A DNA stretch of 64,000 nucleotides from a virus (Duplodnaviria > Heunggongvirae > Uroviricota > Caudoviricetes). The translations under genes and the position numbers were made by a program. This document shows positions 7,221 to 15,705 of this stretch, piece after piece (the first letter of the stretch is position 1; each line of letters starts with the position of its first letter). The notes under the pieces are model-generated. The model saw nothing but the letters and a program-made list of their open reading frames with translations. It did no database searches and was not told the origin of the DNA. The stretch is taken from IMG/VR virus record IMGVR_UViG_3300028887_000082; one strand, written 5' to 3'.

Positions 7221-8405
7221 ATGAAAAAGATTTTATTCACATTATTAACCATATTAATGGTAATCGTATCATGTGCAAAAATAGATATTGTACCTGATAC
7301 ATATAATTCTCGTAATGAGAATGTGGAGATTGTTTTCGGTGCCCATGCAGGCAAGGGTTTGATGACAAGAGCAGTCATTAATGGTGATACTTTACCAGAT
7401 GGATCAGAGTTTGGTGTTTATTCATACTATGCAGCAGGAACCAATCATTTGTTGATTGACAATGGTCACTATGCAGTAAACAAGGATACAGCCAGGGCTA
7501 CTGGTGGTGAAAAGTATTATTGGCCAAAGTCAGATAACAATAATGTCACAAAGGATAGTATTGACTTCTTGGCAATTTATCCATATAGTACAACTGATTA
7601 TTCTCGTTCAGGAAACACTGTTACTATTACACTTAATGCATCAACAACAGATAGTACTTCTACAAAGGATGTTCTTTATGCAATAGCTGATAATCAGTAT
7701 CATCAGACAGTTGGAACTTATAACAATACTACACCAAATAAGTATTATGTTCCATTGACATTTAAGCATGCATTGACATTGGTTGAGTTCCAGGGTAAAC
7801 ATGCTGGAGCAACAAATAACATTGATACTATAACTGTTACAGAGATTGCTTTCTTGAATAGTGATGGTACTGCATATGCTATTTACACTGGTGGTTCAAT
7901 ATCATTTGATATATCTAAAATAACTGCAACCACAAAACCTGATACAACTTTTACAGGTGGTACAACAAACAATACTTTAAACTTTGCTAATAATTGTGGT
8001 CTTACATCATCAAAATACACAACAATATCAAAGGCAATAATGGTTCCTCAGGCTGTACCTAATAAGGTTCGCATAACTTATAATATAACCATTAAGAATA
8101 CTAATGGTGAAAAAGTGGAGTTCACTGGTCGTCAGGTAGTAAAAGAAATTAATACCGGTAGTGATATGACAAATAATACTCCTAGAAATTATGTATCTAA
8201 CTGGTATTCTGGTAAGCATTATGTTTACAGGTATTATATAACTGCTGAAGCTATTGAGTTTACTGTAACAGTTGATGACTGGGATCTTCCTGATGGTTGG
8301 CAGATTTGGGATCATGATGTAGCATCATATGTTGACCGTTTTTTCGAGAAGGCTTCAACAATCATGGGGAACTGTATAGAGGTGCAGAACCACATAATGG
8401 CGTAA
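7221..8405 (+). CDS. fimbrillin-like (type V pilus Mfa/FimA-like) lipoprotein; reading continues in -1 frame to 8980 across a T6 tract
   Basis: Lipobox MKKILFTLLTILMVIVSC-AK; candidate Arg maturation site LMTR|A near residue 50; T/S/N-rich beta-rich body; the -1 frame is open from 8336 to 8980 with no start codon before 8669. Confidence 0.5.
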   Translation: MKKILFTLLTILMVIVSCAKIDIVPDTYNSRNENVEIVFGAHAGKGLMTRAVINGDTLPDGSEFGVYSYYAAGTNHLLIDNGHYAVNKDTARATGGEKYYWPKSDNNNVTKDSIDFLAIYPYSTTDYSRSGNTVTITLNASTTDSTSTKDVLYAIADNQYHQTVGTYNNTTPNKYYVPLTFKHALTLVEFQGKHAGATNNIDTITVTEIAFLNSDGTAYAIYTGGSISFDISKITATTKPDTTFTGGTTNNTLNFANNCGLTSSKYTTISKAIMVPQAVPNKVRITYNITIKNTNGEKVEFTGRQVVKEINTGSDMTNNTPRNYVSNWYSGKHYVYRYYITAEAIEFTVTVDDWDLPDGWQIWDHDVASYVDRFFEKASTIMGNCIEVQNHIMA

Positions 8406-8668
8406 AATTTTCAAATAGCGTAAAGGGCCTTGATTTTAGTAGAGGAGATTACATTGAAGCCAAAATAGATTTACGCAATTTAAATAGAGCAAAGCAGAAC
8501 ATCATCTCTATTGGAGAAGATATAGCCAACTGGACCCCAAGTGGTAGTGGAGAAAAATATAATCTTCATATTTATTATCCCAATGATGTTAACGATTTAC
8601 GAATAAGATTTTCTGCATTAAGCAGTAATAGAATTAAGATTGGTAATACCACTTATAATCGTAGAACA

Positions 8669-8980
8669 ATGGGAATTGTTGATTCAGATATATTTTATTT
8701 TGATGAGGATACTAATTATGAAGTTACTATAAAATTTGACAAAGATGGATTTTATGTCAATGACCACTTGATAACCAGAGATGATTTTGAATCTGTTGAA
8801 CCAAGTAAAATACCTGAGTGGCCAACAAATCCAAGTGGTACTGGAACAGATGTTTGGACATATCCAGATTATTTCATGTTACATTTCCAAAATAAAGTAA
8901 GTGTTAGTTTTGGAAGCATGGAAGGTAGTACACGAAGTTACGCTTATTATGAATACATAAAATATCATCATGTACTATAA
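8669..8980 (+). CDS. C-terminal segment of the frameshifted fimbrillin-like gene (listed as separate 103-aa ORF)
   Basis: In-frame, stop-free extension from 8336 upstream of this ATG; probably not independently translated. Confidence 0.35.
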   Translation: MGIVDSDIFYFDEDTNYEVTIKFDKDGFYVNDHLITRDDFESVEPSKIPEWPTNPSGTGTDVWTYPDYFMLHFQNKVSVSFGSMEGSTRSYAYYEYIKYHHVL

Positions 8981-8981
8981 A

Positions 8982-9008
8982 AGAGAGGATAAAACATCCT
9001 CTCTTTTG
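8982..9008 (+). terminator. rho-independent terminator (AGAGAGGAT-AAAAC-ATCCTCTCT-TTTG)
   Basis: Perfect 9-bp stem with T-run directly after the stop at 8980. Confidence 0.7.
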
Positions 9009-9031
9009 TACATAAATATTTTATAAAAACT

Positions 9032-9268
9032 TTGTTATATTTAATATACAAAATAAGTTATATGAGTATGAATGATTTGAAATACTTTGGTAAGGTGGTT
9101 GCCTTGTTTCTTGCAGGATTCATTGCCATCATCACAGCATCAGGTGTTTGGAATGGTGTAGCAGAAGGATGTGTTGATTCCTTCTATGGTTGGGTTGCTG
9201 GTATCAACTTCATCATCCAGGGATTTGGTATCTATTCACTTTATAAGAAATTATTCCCAAAAGAATAA
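9032..9268 (+). CDS. small membrane protein (78 aa)
   Basis: Two predicted TM helices (VVALFLAGFIAIITASGVW; AGINFIIQGFGIYSLY). Confidence 0.45.
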   Translation: MLYLIYKISYMSMNDLKYFGKVVALFLAGFIAIITASGVWNGVAEGCVDSFYGWVAGINFIIQGFGIYSLYKKLFPKE

Positions 9269-9465
9269 TACAATATGCTCTCTGGTGAGTTTATGGGTGT
9301 CTTGATTAACTTCATATATGACCCATAAATAAAAGTGGTATAAGTGCAGTATATTCCAGGAGTACATACTGCAACGGTTCATAGTTCAGCCGGGAAACGT
9401 ACGAAACTATGCGTGGGATCCATAACAGACGGAGAAGCATACGGTCACTTGAAAGTCTGTTTTTC

Positions 9466-9553
9466 GGAGGGTTGCCTGAGTGGACGAAAGGGGCTGCCTG
9501 CTAAGCAGTTGAACCCTTTATGGGTTCCAGAGGTTCGAATCCTCTACCCTCCG
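9466..9553 (+). tRNA. tRNA-Ser (anticodon GCT), type II
   Basis: Acceptor GGAGGGT/ACCCTCC perfect; Ser-type D-arm CCTGAGTGGACGAAAGG; anticodon stem GCTGC/GCAGT with loop CTGCTAA; long variable arm; T-arm AGAGG-TTCGAAT-CCTCT; ORF 9344..9649 over it is spurious. Confidence 0.85.
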
Positions 9554-9671
9554 CACATAAATACTATGAATATACAATGTTTTTGGTCCAGAGGATTCCG
9601 GAACCTTTTGAGTGTTAATAAAAGACACGAATGGATTAGAGACAGTTAAATACAAAATAATTTAATAAAGT

Positions 9672-10508
9672 ATGTCTAATTTTATCGTTAAAGACTCATT
9701 GGCAAAGATTGCCATCCAAAAAAATCTAATCAAGGAATACAAGACTTCTGAATCTGACAGAACAGTGTACCTCAATGATGGTACTGAATTCCAAATCTAT
9801 CTCAAAAATCCTTATCAGACACATCTGGGTATTAAGATTTCTGTGAACAACAAGTCCATAGGTAATATGCTTGTGTTGAAACCAGGTCAGAGTTTCTGGC
9901 TTGACAGGTTTGTAAATGAGAACAGTAAGTTCTTATTCTCTACATACCAGGTTGAAAACACAGGTGAGATGAAGTATGCAACCAGTAACAATGGTAAGGT
10001 AAAGATTGAGTTCTACCATGAAAGGGAAAACACTTTCAGTTTCTGTCGAGGTGTCTCAACAGTTTATGATGGTTATAATGGTTGGAGTAGTGGTACCAAA
10101 TTATACAACAATGACAATATAACCTGTTATTACAGTGCTTCAACCATCACAGGTTCAGCAGCAACACCTGATACAGTTCTTACAGCAAGTTCTGCTTGCT
10201 TGGATTCAAGTTCTCGTTCAAGAAGTCTCAAAAAGGAGATTGACAAGAGTGCAAACAAGAAAGTTGATCATGACCTTACAATGGAGACAGGTAGGGTAGA
10301 AAAAGGTGGAAGATCAGACCAGGAATTTACAACCTGTGACATTAATTTTGATTACTATCCATTCCAGACAGAGAACATCCTTATCCTTCCAAATTCAAGG
10401 AAGCAGATAAGGGTTGAGGATACCAGAAGAAGATATTGCAGTCAGTGCGGAAAGAAGGTAAGTCCAAAGGATAAGTTCTGTTCCAACTGTGGTGCGAAAC
10501 TCTACTAA
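9672..10508 (+). CDS. hypothetical protein with C-terminal zinc ribbon (278 aa)
   Basis: C-terminus CSQCGKKVSPKDKFCSNCGAKLY; followed by a terminator. Confidence 0.6.
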   Translation: MSNFIVKDSLAKIAIQKNLIKEYKTSESDRTVYLNDGTEFQIYLKNPYQTHLGIKISVNNKSIGNMLVLKPGQSFWLDRFVNENSKFLFSTYQVENTGEMKYATSNNGKVKIEFYHERENTFSFCRGVSTVYDGYNGWSSGTKLYNNDNITCYYSASTITGSAATPDTVLTASSACLDSSSRSRSLKKEIDKSANKKVDHDLTMETGRVEKGGRSDQEFTTCDINFDYYPFQTENILILPNSRKQIRVEDTRRRYCSQCGKKVSPKDKFCSNCGAKLY

Positions 10509-10513
10509 ACAAA

Positions 10514-10541
10514 ATCCCGGATGAAAGTCCGGGATTTTTCG
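10514..10541 (+). terminator. rho-independent terminator (ATCCCGGA-TGAAAG-TCCGGGAT-TTTTT)
   Basis: Perfect 8-bp GC-rich stem plus T5. Confidence 0.8.
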
Positions 10542-10551
10542 TAAATATAGT

Positions 10552-10932
10552 ATGAAAAGATTTACAAACAGTGAGATTACATTTGGTGAGGAGATCCAAA
10601 TCAATGACTGGCAGGTCAGACTTCCTGTCATTGTTGATGGTAAGGAGATGTCTGTTGATGATGTGAACTTCATCATAGAACCTCATTATGTGTCAGGAGA
10701 GACATTGTATCAACCTCATATATTCATTGATGAAAGACTCCGGGACCAAGGTCTGGGATATGGAATCTACAAGGCATTCATACATGAGTTCGGGAACATA
10801 TACAGTTCCCACTGGTGTAGGACAAACAACAAGGAAATTATATCCATCTTCAACAAACTTGCACTGGAAGATGACATAGTGGTGGAGAAAAACAACAAAT
10901 ATTATTTCGCATATCTAAAGGGTTCAAGATAA
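10552..10932 (+). CDS. hypothetical protein (126 aa)
   Basis: + strand ORF bounded by terminators at 10514-10541 and 10921-10946. Confidence 0.55.
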   Translation: MKRFTNSEITFGEEIQINDWQVRLPVIVDGKEMSVDDVNFIIEPHYVSGETLYQPHIFIDERLRDQGLGYGIYKAFIHEFGNIYSSHWCRTNNKEIISIFNKLALEDDIVVEKNNKYYFAYLKGSR

Positions 10933-10946
10933 TTTGAACCTTTTTT
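10921..10946 (+). terminator. rho-independent terminator (GGTTCAA-GATAAT-TTGAACC-TTTTTT)
   Basis: Perfect 7-bp stem plus T6. Confidence 0.75.
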
Positions 10947-10978
10947 GTTATATTTAATCTGGATTATTTAATTGAATT

Positions 10979-12109
10979 ATGCAGATTATAGACAATGTAC
11001 AACTTGACTTCAGTGATGTTCTCATTAAACCCAGGAGGTCAAGTATTGATTCGAGAAGTAAGGTAGATATTACCAGGGAGTACAAATTCAAATGGTGTCC
11101 ATATAAAATCACAGGTACTGGTATTATGCAGGCCAATATGGGAACCATAGGTAACTTTAAAGTGAGTGAGAAACTGTTGGAGAATGGTATGTTTGCTTGC
11201 CTTCACAAATATCATGATACTGACAAACTGATTGATTTCTACAAGAAACTCATCCACAAAGGTGACGGAAGTATGAGAAGATGTCTCCTTGCAATAGGAT
11301 TGAGAGATAATGGTATTGAGAAACTGAGGGAAATAAACAAGGCAACCGGTGAACAGATTGGTGTGAAGTTTGATGTTCCCAATGGATATATTCCCCAGGT
11401 AAAGGAAAGAGTCATTGAACTCAGGAAGGAGTTTCCAGATATGTTCATTATGGTTGGTAATGTGGTTACTGGTGATATCACAGAAGACCTGATTCTGTCA
11501 GGTGCAGACTGTGTTGCAGTAGGTATCGGTAATGGTGCCCAGTGTCTCACAAGAAGACAGACAGGTTGCGGAAGACCACAGTTCTCCGCTGTCGTAGAGT
11601 GTGCAGATGCAGCTCACCAGGTCGGAGGTATGGTTTGTTCTGATGGTGGTATCACCTGTCCTGGAGATTTGGGTAAGGCATTTGGTGCCGGTGCGGATTT
11701 CATTATGATAGGAAGTCTGTTTGCAGGAACTGATGAGGCAGATGGTGAGACTGTTGAGAAGTATGTCTTCAATGGTGAGTATGACAAAATATTATATAAT
11801 CCTGGTTATGTGTTTGATCCCCATCTTGATAAGAAACAGTTCAAACAGTTCTATGGTATGAGTTCAACTCTGGCCCAGGAAAAGTTTGGTAATGGTAAAC
11901 CCAGTTACCGTGCGAGTGAAGGTCGTGTAACTCTGATGCCTTATACAGGATCTGTTTGTGATGTGATTGAGGAACTCCTTGGAGGATTGAGGTCAACAAT
12001 GACTTATATAGGTGCATGGAAACTCAAGAATATTCCTAAACAGTGTGTGTTCTATAAGGTTCACAACCAACTGAACCAGACATATGAGAGATTTACAGTA
12101 GGTAAATAA
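10979..12109 (+). CDS. guaC: GMP reductase (IMPDH/GMPR family)
   Basis: N-terminus ...LDFSDVLIKPRRSSIDSRSKVDITREYKFKW... parallels E. coli GuaC ([31 protein letters not shown]); catalytic-loop motif GIGNGAQCLTRRQTGCGRPQFSAV; ~375 aa. Confidence 0.8.
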   Translation: MQIIDNVQLDFSDVLIKPRRSSIDSRSKVDITREYKFKWCPYKITGTGIMQANMGTIGNFKVSEKLLENGMFACLHKYHDTDKLIDFYKKLIHKGDGSMRRCLLAIGLRDNGIEKLREINKATGEQIGVKFDVPNGYIPQVKERVIELRKEFPDMFIMVGNVVTGDITEDLILSGADCVAVGIGNGAQCLTRRQTGCGRPQFSAVVECADAAHQVGGMVCSDGGITCPGDLGKAFGAGADFIMIGSLFAGTDEADGETVEKYVFNGEYDKILYNPGYVFDPHLDKKQFKQFYGMSSTLAQEKFGNGKPSYRASEGRVTLMPYTGSVCDVIEELLGGLRSTMTYIGAWKLKNIPKQCVFYKVHNQLNQTYERFTVGK

Positions 12110-12141
12110 AAAAATGAGAGGTTGTTGCCTCTCATTTTTAT
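12108..12141. terminator. bidirectional terminator (ATGAGAGG-TTGTTG-CCTCTCAT flanked by A-run and T-run)
   Basis: 8-bp perfect stem between the convergent guaC (+) and 12143..13075 (-) genes. Confidence 0.75.
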
Positions 12142-12142
12142 T

Positions 12143-13075
12143 TTAATCACCCCAGTATGTACCTGGTCTTGAACAATTAATTTCAACTTCATATTTATAT
12201 CCTTTTGAGAAGTTGTCATCATTGACATATCTCATAACAGTCTTGACATCATAAGGACTCATTGAGATGAACTCATCATATTTGACATAAGGTGCATCCA
12301 TATAATCATCAGATTTCAGTGCATCTGCAATTTCCTTTGGAACATCCTGGGCAGCAATCTCCTCATAGTTGTCAGGATTTGCCTCAACATCTGCCTTGAG
12401 TGCCTCAACCCTTGCATCATATGCTTCTTTCTTTGCCTTCTCTGCGGCAGTCCTGGCTTCCTCCTCTTCTTTTTCTATTCTTCTCTTTTCCTCCTCTTCC
12501 CTCTGCTTTTCAAGATATTTGTCATAAAGTTCATCCACTTCCTTTGTAACTTCCTCAAGACCTGATGTCCTGATTTTGATGAACATTTCCAGAAAACCTA
12601 TTGCATCATTGTTACTGCTGTAATATGATTTTGAATCTATTGTTGTGAAATAGAAGTATTTGTTTTCCTCATTCCAAAGAACATAATAGAGGTCACCCTT
12701 GTTTGTGAAGCATGATTTAACTTTCTCAATATTGGGTTCTGACAATACTTCAAGGAGTCTGTCCACTTTACCTTCTGTACCGAATGTATGTGTGTCCAAA
12801 TATGCCTTACTTGGTTTATGAGAAATATAATCTCTACCTCCACATTCATATAATTTATCACATATTTCATCAGGAACAACAGCCTTGATTTCCTTATATG
12901 CAAAATTATTAAAAGTTTTTACTTTGAAAGATATGTTTCCCAGGAACTCATAATCCTTTGAAAGGAAACCATTCTTCATCTGTGAATAACTCAGATTCCT
13001 GATGTTTCCATTTTCAAGTTCCTTTATTGAAATAGATTCCTTAAGAAAGTTGTAACTATTAAAGTTTGGTACCAT
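12143..13075 (-). CDS. hypothetical protein with E/K-rich coiled coil (310 aa); one of two minus-strand genes
   Basis: Long minus-strand ORF ending at the bidirectional terminator; contains ...EEEKRRIEKEEEEARTAAEKAKKEAYDARVEALKAD... Confidence 0.6.
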   Translation of the reverse strand: MVPNFNSYNFLKESISIKELENGNIRNLSYSQMKNGFLSKDYEFLGNISFKVKTFNNFAYKEIKAVVPDEICDKLYECGGRDYISHKPSKAYLDTHTFGTEGKVDRLLEVLSEPNIEKVKSCFTNKGDLYYVLWNEENKYFYFTTIDSKSYYSSNNDAIGFLEMFIKIRTSGLEEVTKEVDELYDKYLEKQREEEEKRRIEKEEEEARTAAEKAKKEAYDARVEALKADVEANPDNYEEIAAQDVPKEIADALKSDDYMDAPYVKYDEFISMSPYDVKTVMRYVNDDNFSKGYKYEVEINCSRPGTYWGD

Positions 13076-13105
13076 ATTTTTGTTATATTTATAATTGAAC
13101 TTATA

Positions 13106-14206
13106 ATGTATTTATGTATGAATAAGAATTTTTTAGAAGATTTTTTGAAGACTTACAGACCTTCAGGGTTTGAACAGGAAGGTGCTGAAGTGTTTGTCAG
13201 TAATGCCTGTGGACTCAAAGGAGTCAAGAAAGAGTTTATTGATAAGATGTGGAATGCATGTGTGAGTGTGGGTAGTGAAAAGGAGGATGCACTGAAAATC
13301 CTCATCTCCGGTCACTCTGATCAGAACTGTCTCATTGTGACTGAAATCACAAAGAATGGTTTCCTCAAGTATGCAACCCAGGGTGGATTCTCTCCAAGGA
13401 CAGTAATTGATTCAGACCTCTTTGTCATCACAAACAATGATGGTGTGAAGAAACTTATCCCCTGCTTCTGTAGTTATAAAGCAATACATATAGAAAAACC
13501 GGATGACAGAAAGAAATGTCCAGAACATAAGGATCTCTATCTTGATTTGGGATGTACATCCAGGGAACAGGTTGAGAAACTCGGTGTACATATAGGTGAC
13601 CTGGTTGTATTCAACAACAGTGGTCTGAATATGGACTTTGGTCCTGATGGCAACTACATTGTAGGTTCAGGTCTTGATGATGGTGTTGCTTGCGGAATCG
13701 TTTATGATGTCCTGAAGAAACTTGATGAGAATGAACTCAAGGAGATGAACATCAGGGTATATGGTGCATGCATCACATCAGAGGAAACTGGTGCCAGGGG
13801 TGTTGGTCCTGTAGTAAGAAAGGTTCAGCCACATATCTCCATAGATATTGATGTATGTCATGACTGCACCAAGGAGATTGGTGAGGATGAAGGCCGGATT
13901 GCAAAGATGGGTGATGGTGCTGTCCTGAACTATGGTCCTGACAAATACAGACCTCTCAATGAAGACTTGAGACAGATTGCAAAGGATTATGACATCAAGT
14001 TGCAACTCATTGCCGGCAAGGCAGGAGGTACAAACACCAACAACATCCAGATGATGTCAGACAACTGTGCCACAACCCTGTTGAGTATCCCTTGCAGATA
14101 TATGCACAGCGGAACACATGAGATGGTCAATAAGGATGACATTGATGGTTGTGGTCAGCTCATATACAAGTTCATCAACAAGGTAGATCCAAAGAAGTAT
14201 GTATAA
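13106..14206 (+). CDS. M42-family metallo-aminopeptidase-like protein
   Basis: KILISGHSDQNCLIVTEITKNGFLKYATQGGFSPRTV parallels the M42 motif around the metal-binding His-x-Asp; downstream GSGLDDGVACGIV and D/E/H ligand-like residues. Confidence 0.65.
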   Translation: MYLCMNKNFLEDFLKTYRPSGFEQEGAEVFVSNACGLKGVKKEFIDKMWNACVSVGSEKEDALKILISGHSDQNCLIVTEITKNGFLKYATQGGFSPRTVIDSDLFVITNNDGVKKLIPCFCSYKAIHIEKPDDRKKCPEHKDLYLDLGCTSREQVEKLGVHIGDLVVFNNSGLNMDFGPDGNYIVGSGLDDGVACGIVYDVLKKLDENELKEMNIRVYGACITSEETGARGVGPVVRKVQPHISIDIDVCHDCTKEIGEDEGRIAKMGDGAVLNYGPDKYRPLNEDLRQIAKDYDIKLQLIAGKAGGTNTNNIQMMSDNCATTLLSIPCRYMHSGTHEMVNKDDIDGCGQLIYKFINKVDPKKYV

Positions 14207-14678
14207 GTCTGAAATCACAGATGATATGCCTGAACTTGAGAAGTTTGTCAGGCAAGAGGCAGCTGCCTATGTCAATTCCACAATCTTCTTGAGTTGTATT
14301 TCAACCAGTCACAAGAACATTGACAGTGTTGTTGAGAAAGGTAAGGATGTTGTACCATATGTAATTAAACTATACAAGGAGAATGGTGAATACTCCAACC
14401 AGAATATGTACACACATTTCTTCCTGATTGTCATGCAGAGACTCTATGGTAACCCATTTGATGGATATGTAGGTATGAACTTTGCAGAGAGGTATTGGTT
14501 GAAGAGATATGAGCATGGCATGCTGGATGACTATGATGAGAATACAGACAAGAAAAAGGAAGAGAATTTCATACTTGACCTGTTCCAGTGTAAGTCTATG
14601 GAAGAACTGAAGGCATTTTTTAAACCTGATTCAGTAGCATCTTATGGAGGAGGAAACAAAAACATACAGGACTCCTAA
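14199..14678 (+). CDS. hypothetical protein (159 aa)
   Basis: + strand ORF overlapping its neighbours by a few nt, as in phage operons. Confidence 0.5.
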   Translation: MYKSEITDDMPELEKFVRQEAAAYVNSTIFLSCISTSHKNIDSVVEKGKDVVPYVIKLYKENGEYSNQNMYTHFFLIVMQRLYGNPFDGYVGMNFAERYWLKRYEHGMLDDYDENTDKKKEENFILDLFQCKSMEELKAFFKPDSVASYGGGNKNIQDS

Positions 14679-15069
14679 ATGGAGAGAGTATTACAGTATC
14701 ATCCTCTGGTGGATGAATGAAAAGTTCCATGACCAGAATAATCTGTCTGGTTATGATGCCACACCTGTACAAAAATCCATTGATGGTAATGAGGAATATT
14801 ACTCATTCTGGGTTGAGATAGGTAATCAGGTATATGAGAAAGGTCATGAAGATTATATGAAAGACAATCCTGAAGCTGGAAAATTCTATGAAATACTCAA
14901 TCCTATGAAGAAGGTTACACTGGATGACCTACAGGAACTCAATCTCAAACTGAAGGAAGCGGGTGCTGATGAGGTGTATATTCAGACAAAAGAGATGTAT
15001 GTGCATGGTCAAGCAGCTTTGTACAATTACATAAGTCCGAATATCCTACAGTTACTCATCAAAAAATAA
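14644..15069 (+). CDS. hypothetical protein (141 aa; true start may be an internal Met)
   Basis: + strand ORF; 35-nt overlap with the upstream gene suggests a later start. Confidence 0.45.
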   Translation: MEEETKTYRTPKWREYYSIILWWMNEKFHDQNNLSGYDATPVQKSIDGNEEYYSFWVEIGNQVYEKGHEDYMKDNPEAGKFYEILNPMKKVTLDDLQELNLKLKEAGADEVYIQTKEMYVHGQAALYNYISPNILQLLIKK

Positions 15070-15705
15070 TTGAAGAAAGAGTCAGGAAAACCTGACTCTT
15101 TTGTTATTTTTATGTTGTCAAAAAATGTATTTATTATGAGCAGACCAAACAAATGTATCAAGGATGAGAATGGAAAGGATCAGTGGATCTCCCGCAGTAC
15201 TGTGGTAATACCTATTGTATTCAAGATAGACAATGAAACCGGAGACATCTACACTATTGTGGAACAGAGAGGTAATGCAGTAACCCATCCTGGTGAATGG
15301 TGTTGTCCCTGTGGATTTATAGACTGGGATGAGACTCTTGAAGAGGCCTGTCAGAGGGAAGTGAGGGAAGAGACCGGAATCATCCTCAATCAGGAAAACA
15401 TCCATTTTATGTATGTCTATAGTGACCCCAAGAGTACCAATCAGACTGTTGACTTGTGGTATATGTGCTGGACAGATGCAGACATAGACACATCAAAGAT
15501 TGAAACAAAGGAAGAGGTTATGGATGTAAGGTGGCTGAAGGTCGGTAAGTTATACCGGGGTAGTACATTGTTCATCTTCAACACATCAATCAAAAACTGT
15601 TATGGTACCTGGGCATTTAAGACACATGCCGGCAGAGTCATAGAGATGTTGAAAACAATTGTCAAAGATGCCAAGAATGGTAGAGTGGTTGAAGTAAATG
15701 ATTAA
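15070..15705 (+). CDS. Nudix hydrolase (true start probably a downstream Met, e.g. ~15112/15136)
   Basis: Nudix box [23 protein letters not shown] (Gx5Ex7REVxEExGI). Confidence 0.75.
   Translation: MKKESGKPDSFVIFMLSKNVFIMSRPNKCIKDENGKDQWISRSTVVIPIVFKIDNETGDIYTIVEQRGNAVTHPGEWCCPCGFIDWDETLEEACQREVREETGIILNQENIHFMYVYSDPKSTNQTVDLWYMCWTDADIDTSKIETKEEVMDVRWLKVGKLYRGSTLFIFNTSIKNCYGTWAFKTHAGRVIEMLKTIVKDAKNGRVVEVND
15076..15104 (+). terminator. terminator hairpin (AGAGTCAGG-AAAA-CCTGACTCT-TTTG) inside the 5' end of the next ORF call
   Basis: Perfect 9-bp stem plus T-run; implies the Nudix gene starts at a downstream Met. Confidence 0.7.

Noticed and set aside
8406-8668. Apparent 260-nt non-coding gap after 7221..8405
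   Set aside because: The -1 frame is a continuous open frame here, so it is treated as part of a frameshifted gene rather than an intergenic or ncRNA region.
9344-9649. ORF 9344..9649 (+, 101 aa)
   Set aside because: Its body is the tRNA-Ser(GCT) gene (9466-9553) and the upstream hairpin/terminator, not coding.
15070-15111. Nudix ORF start at 15070 and Dam ORF start at 50886
   Set aside because: The first codons overlap strong terminator hairpins (15076-15104; 50875-50912), so the true starts were moved to downstream Met codons.
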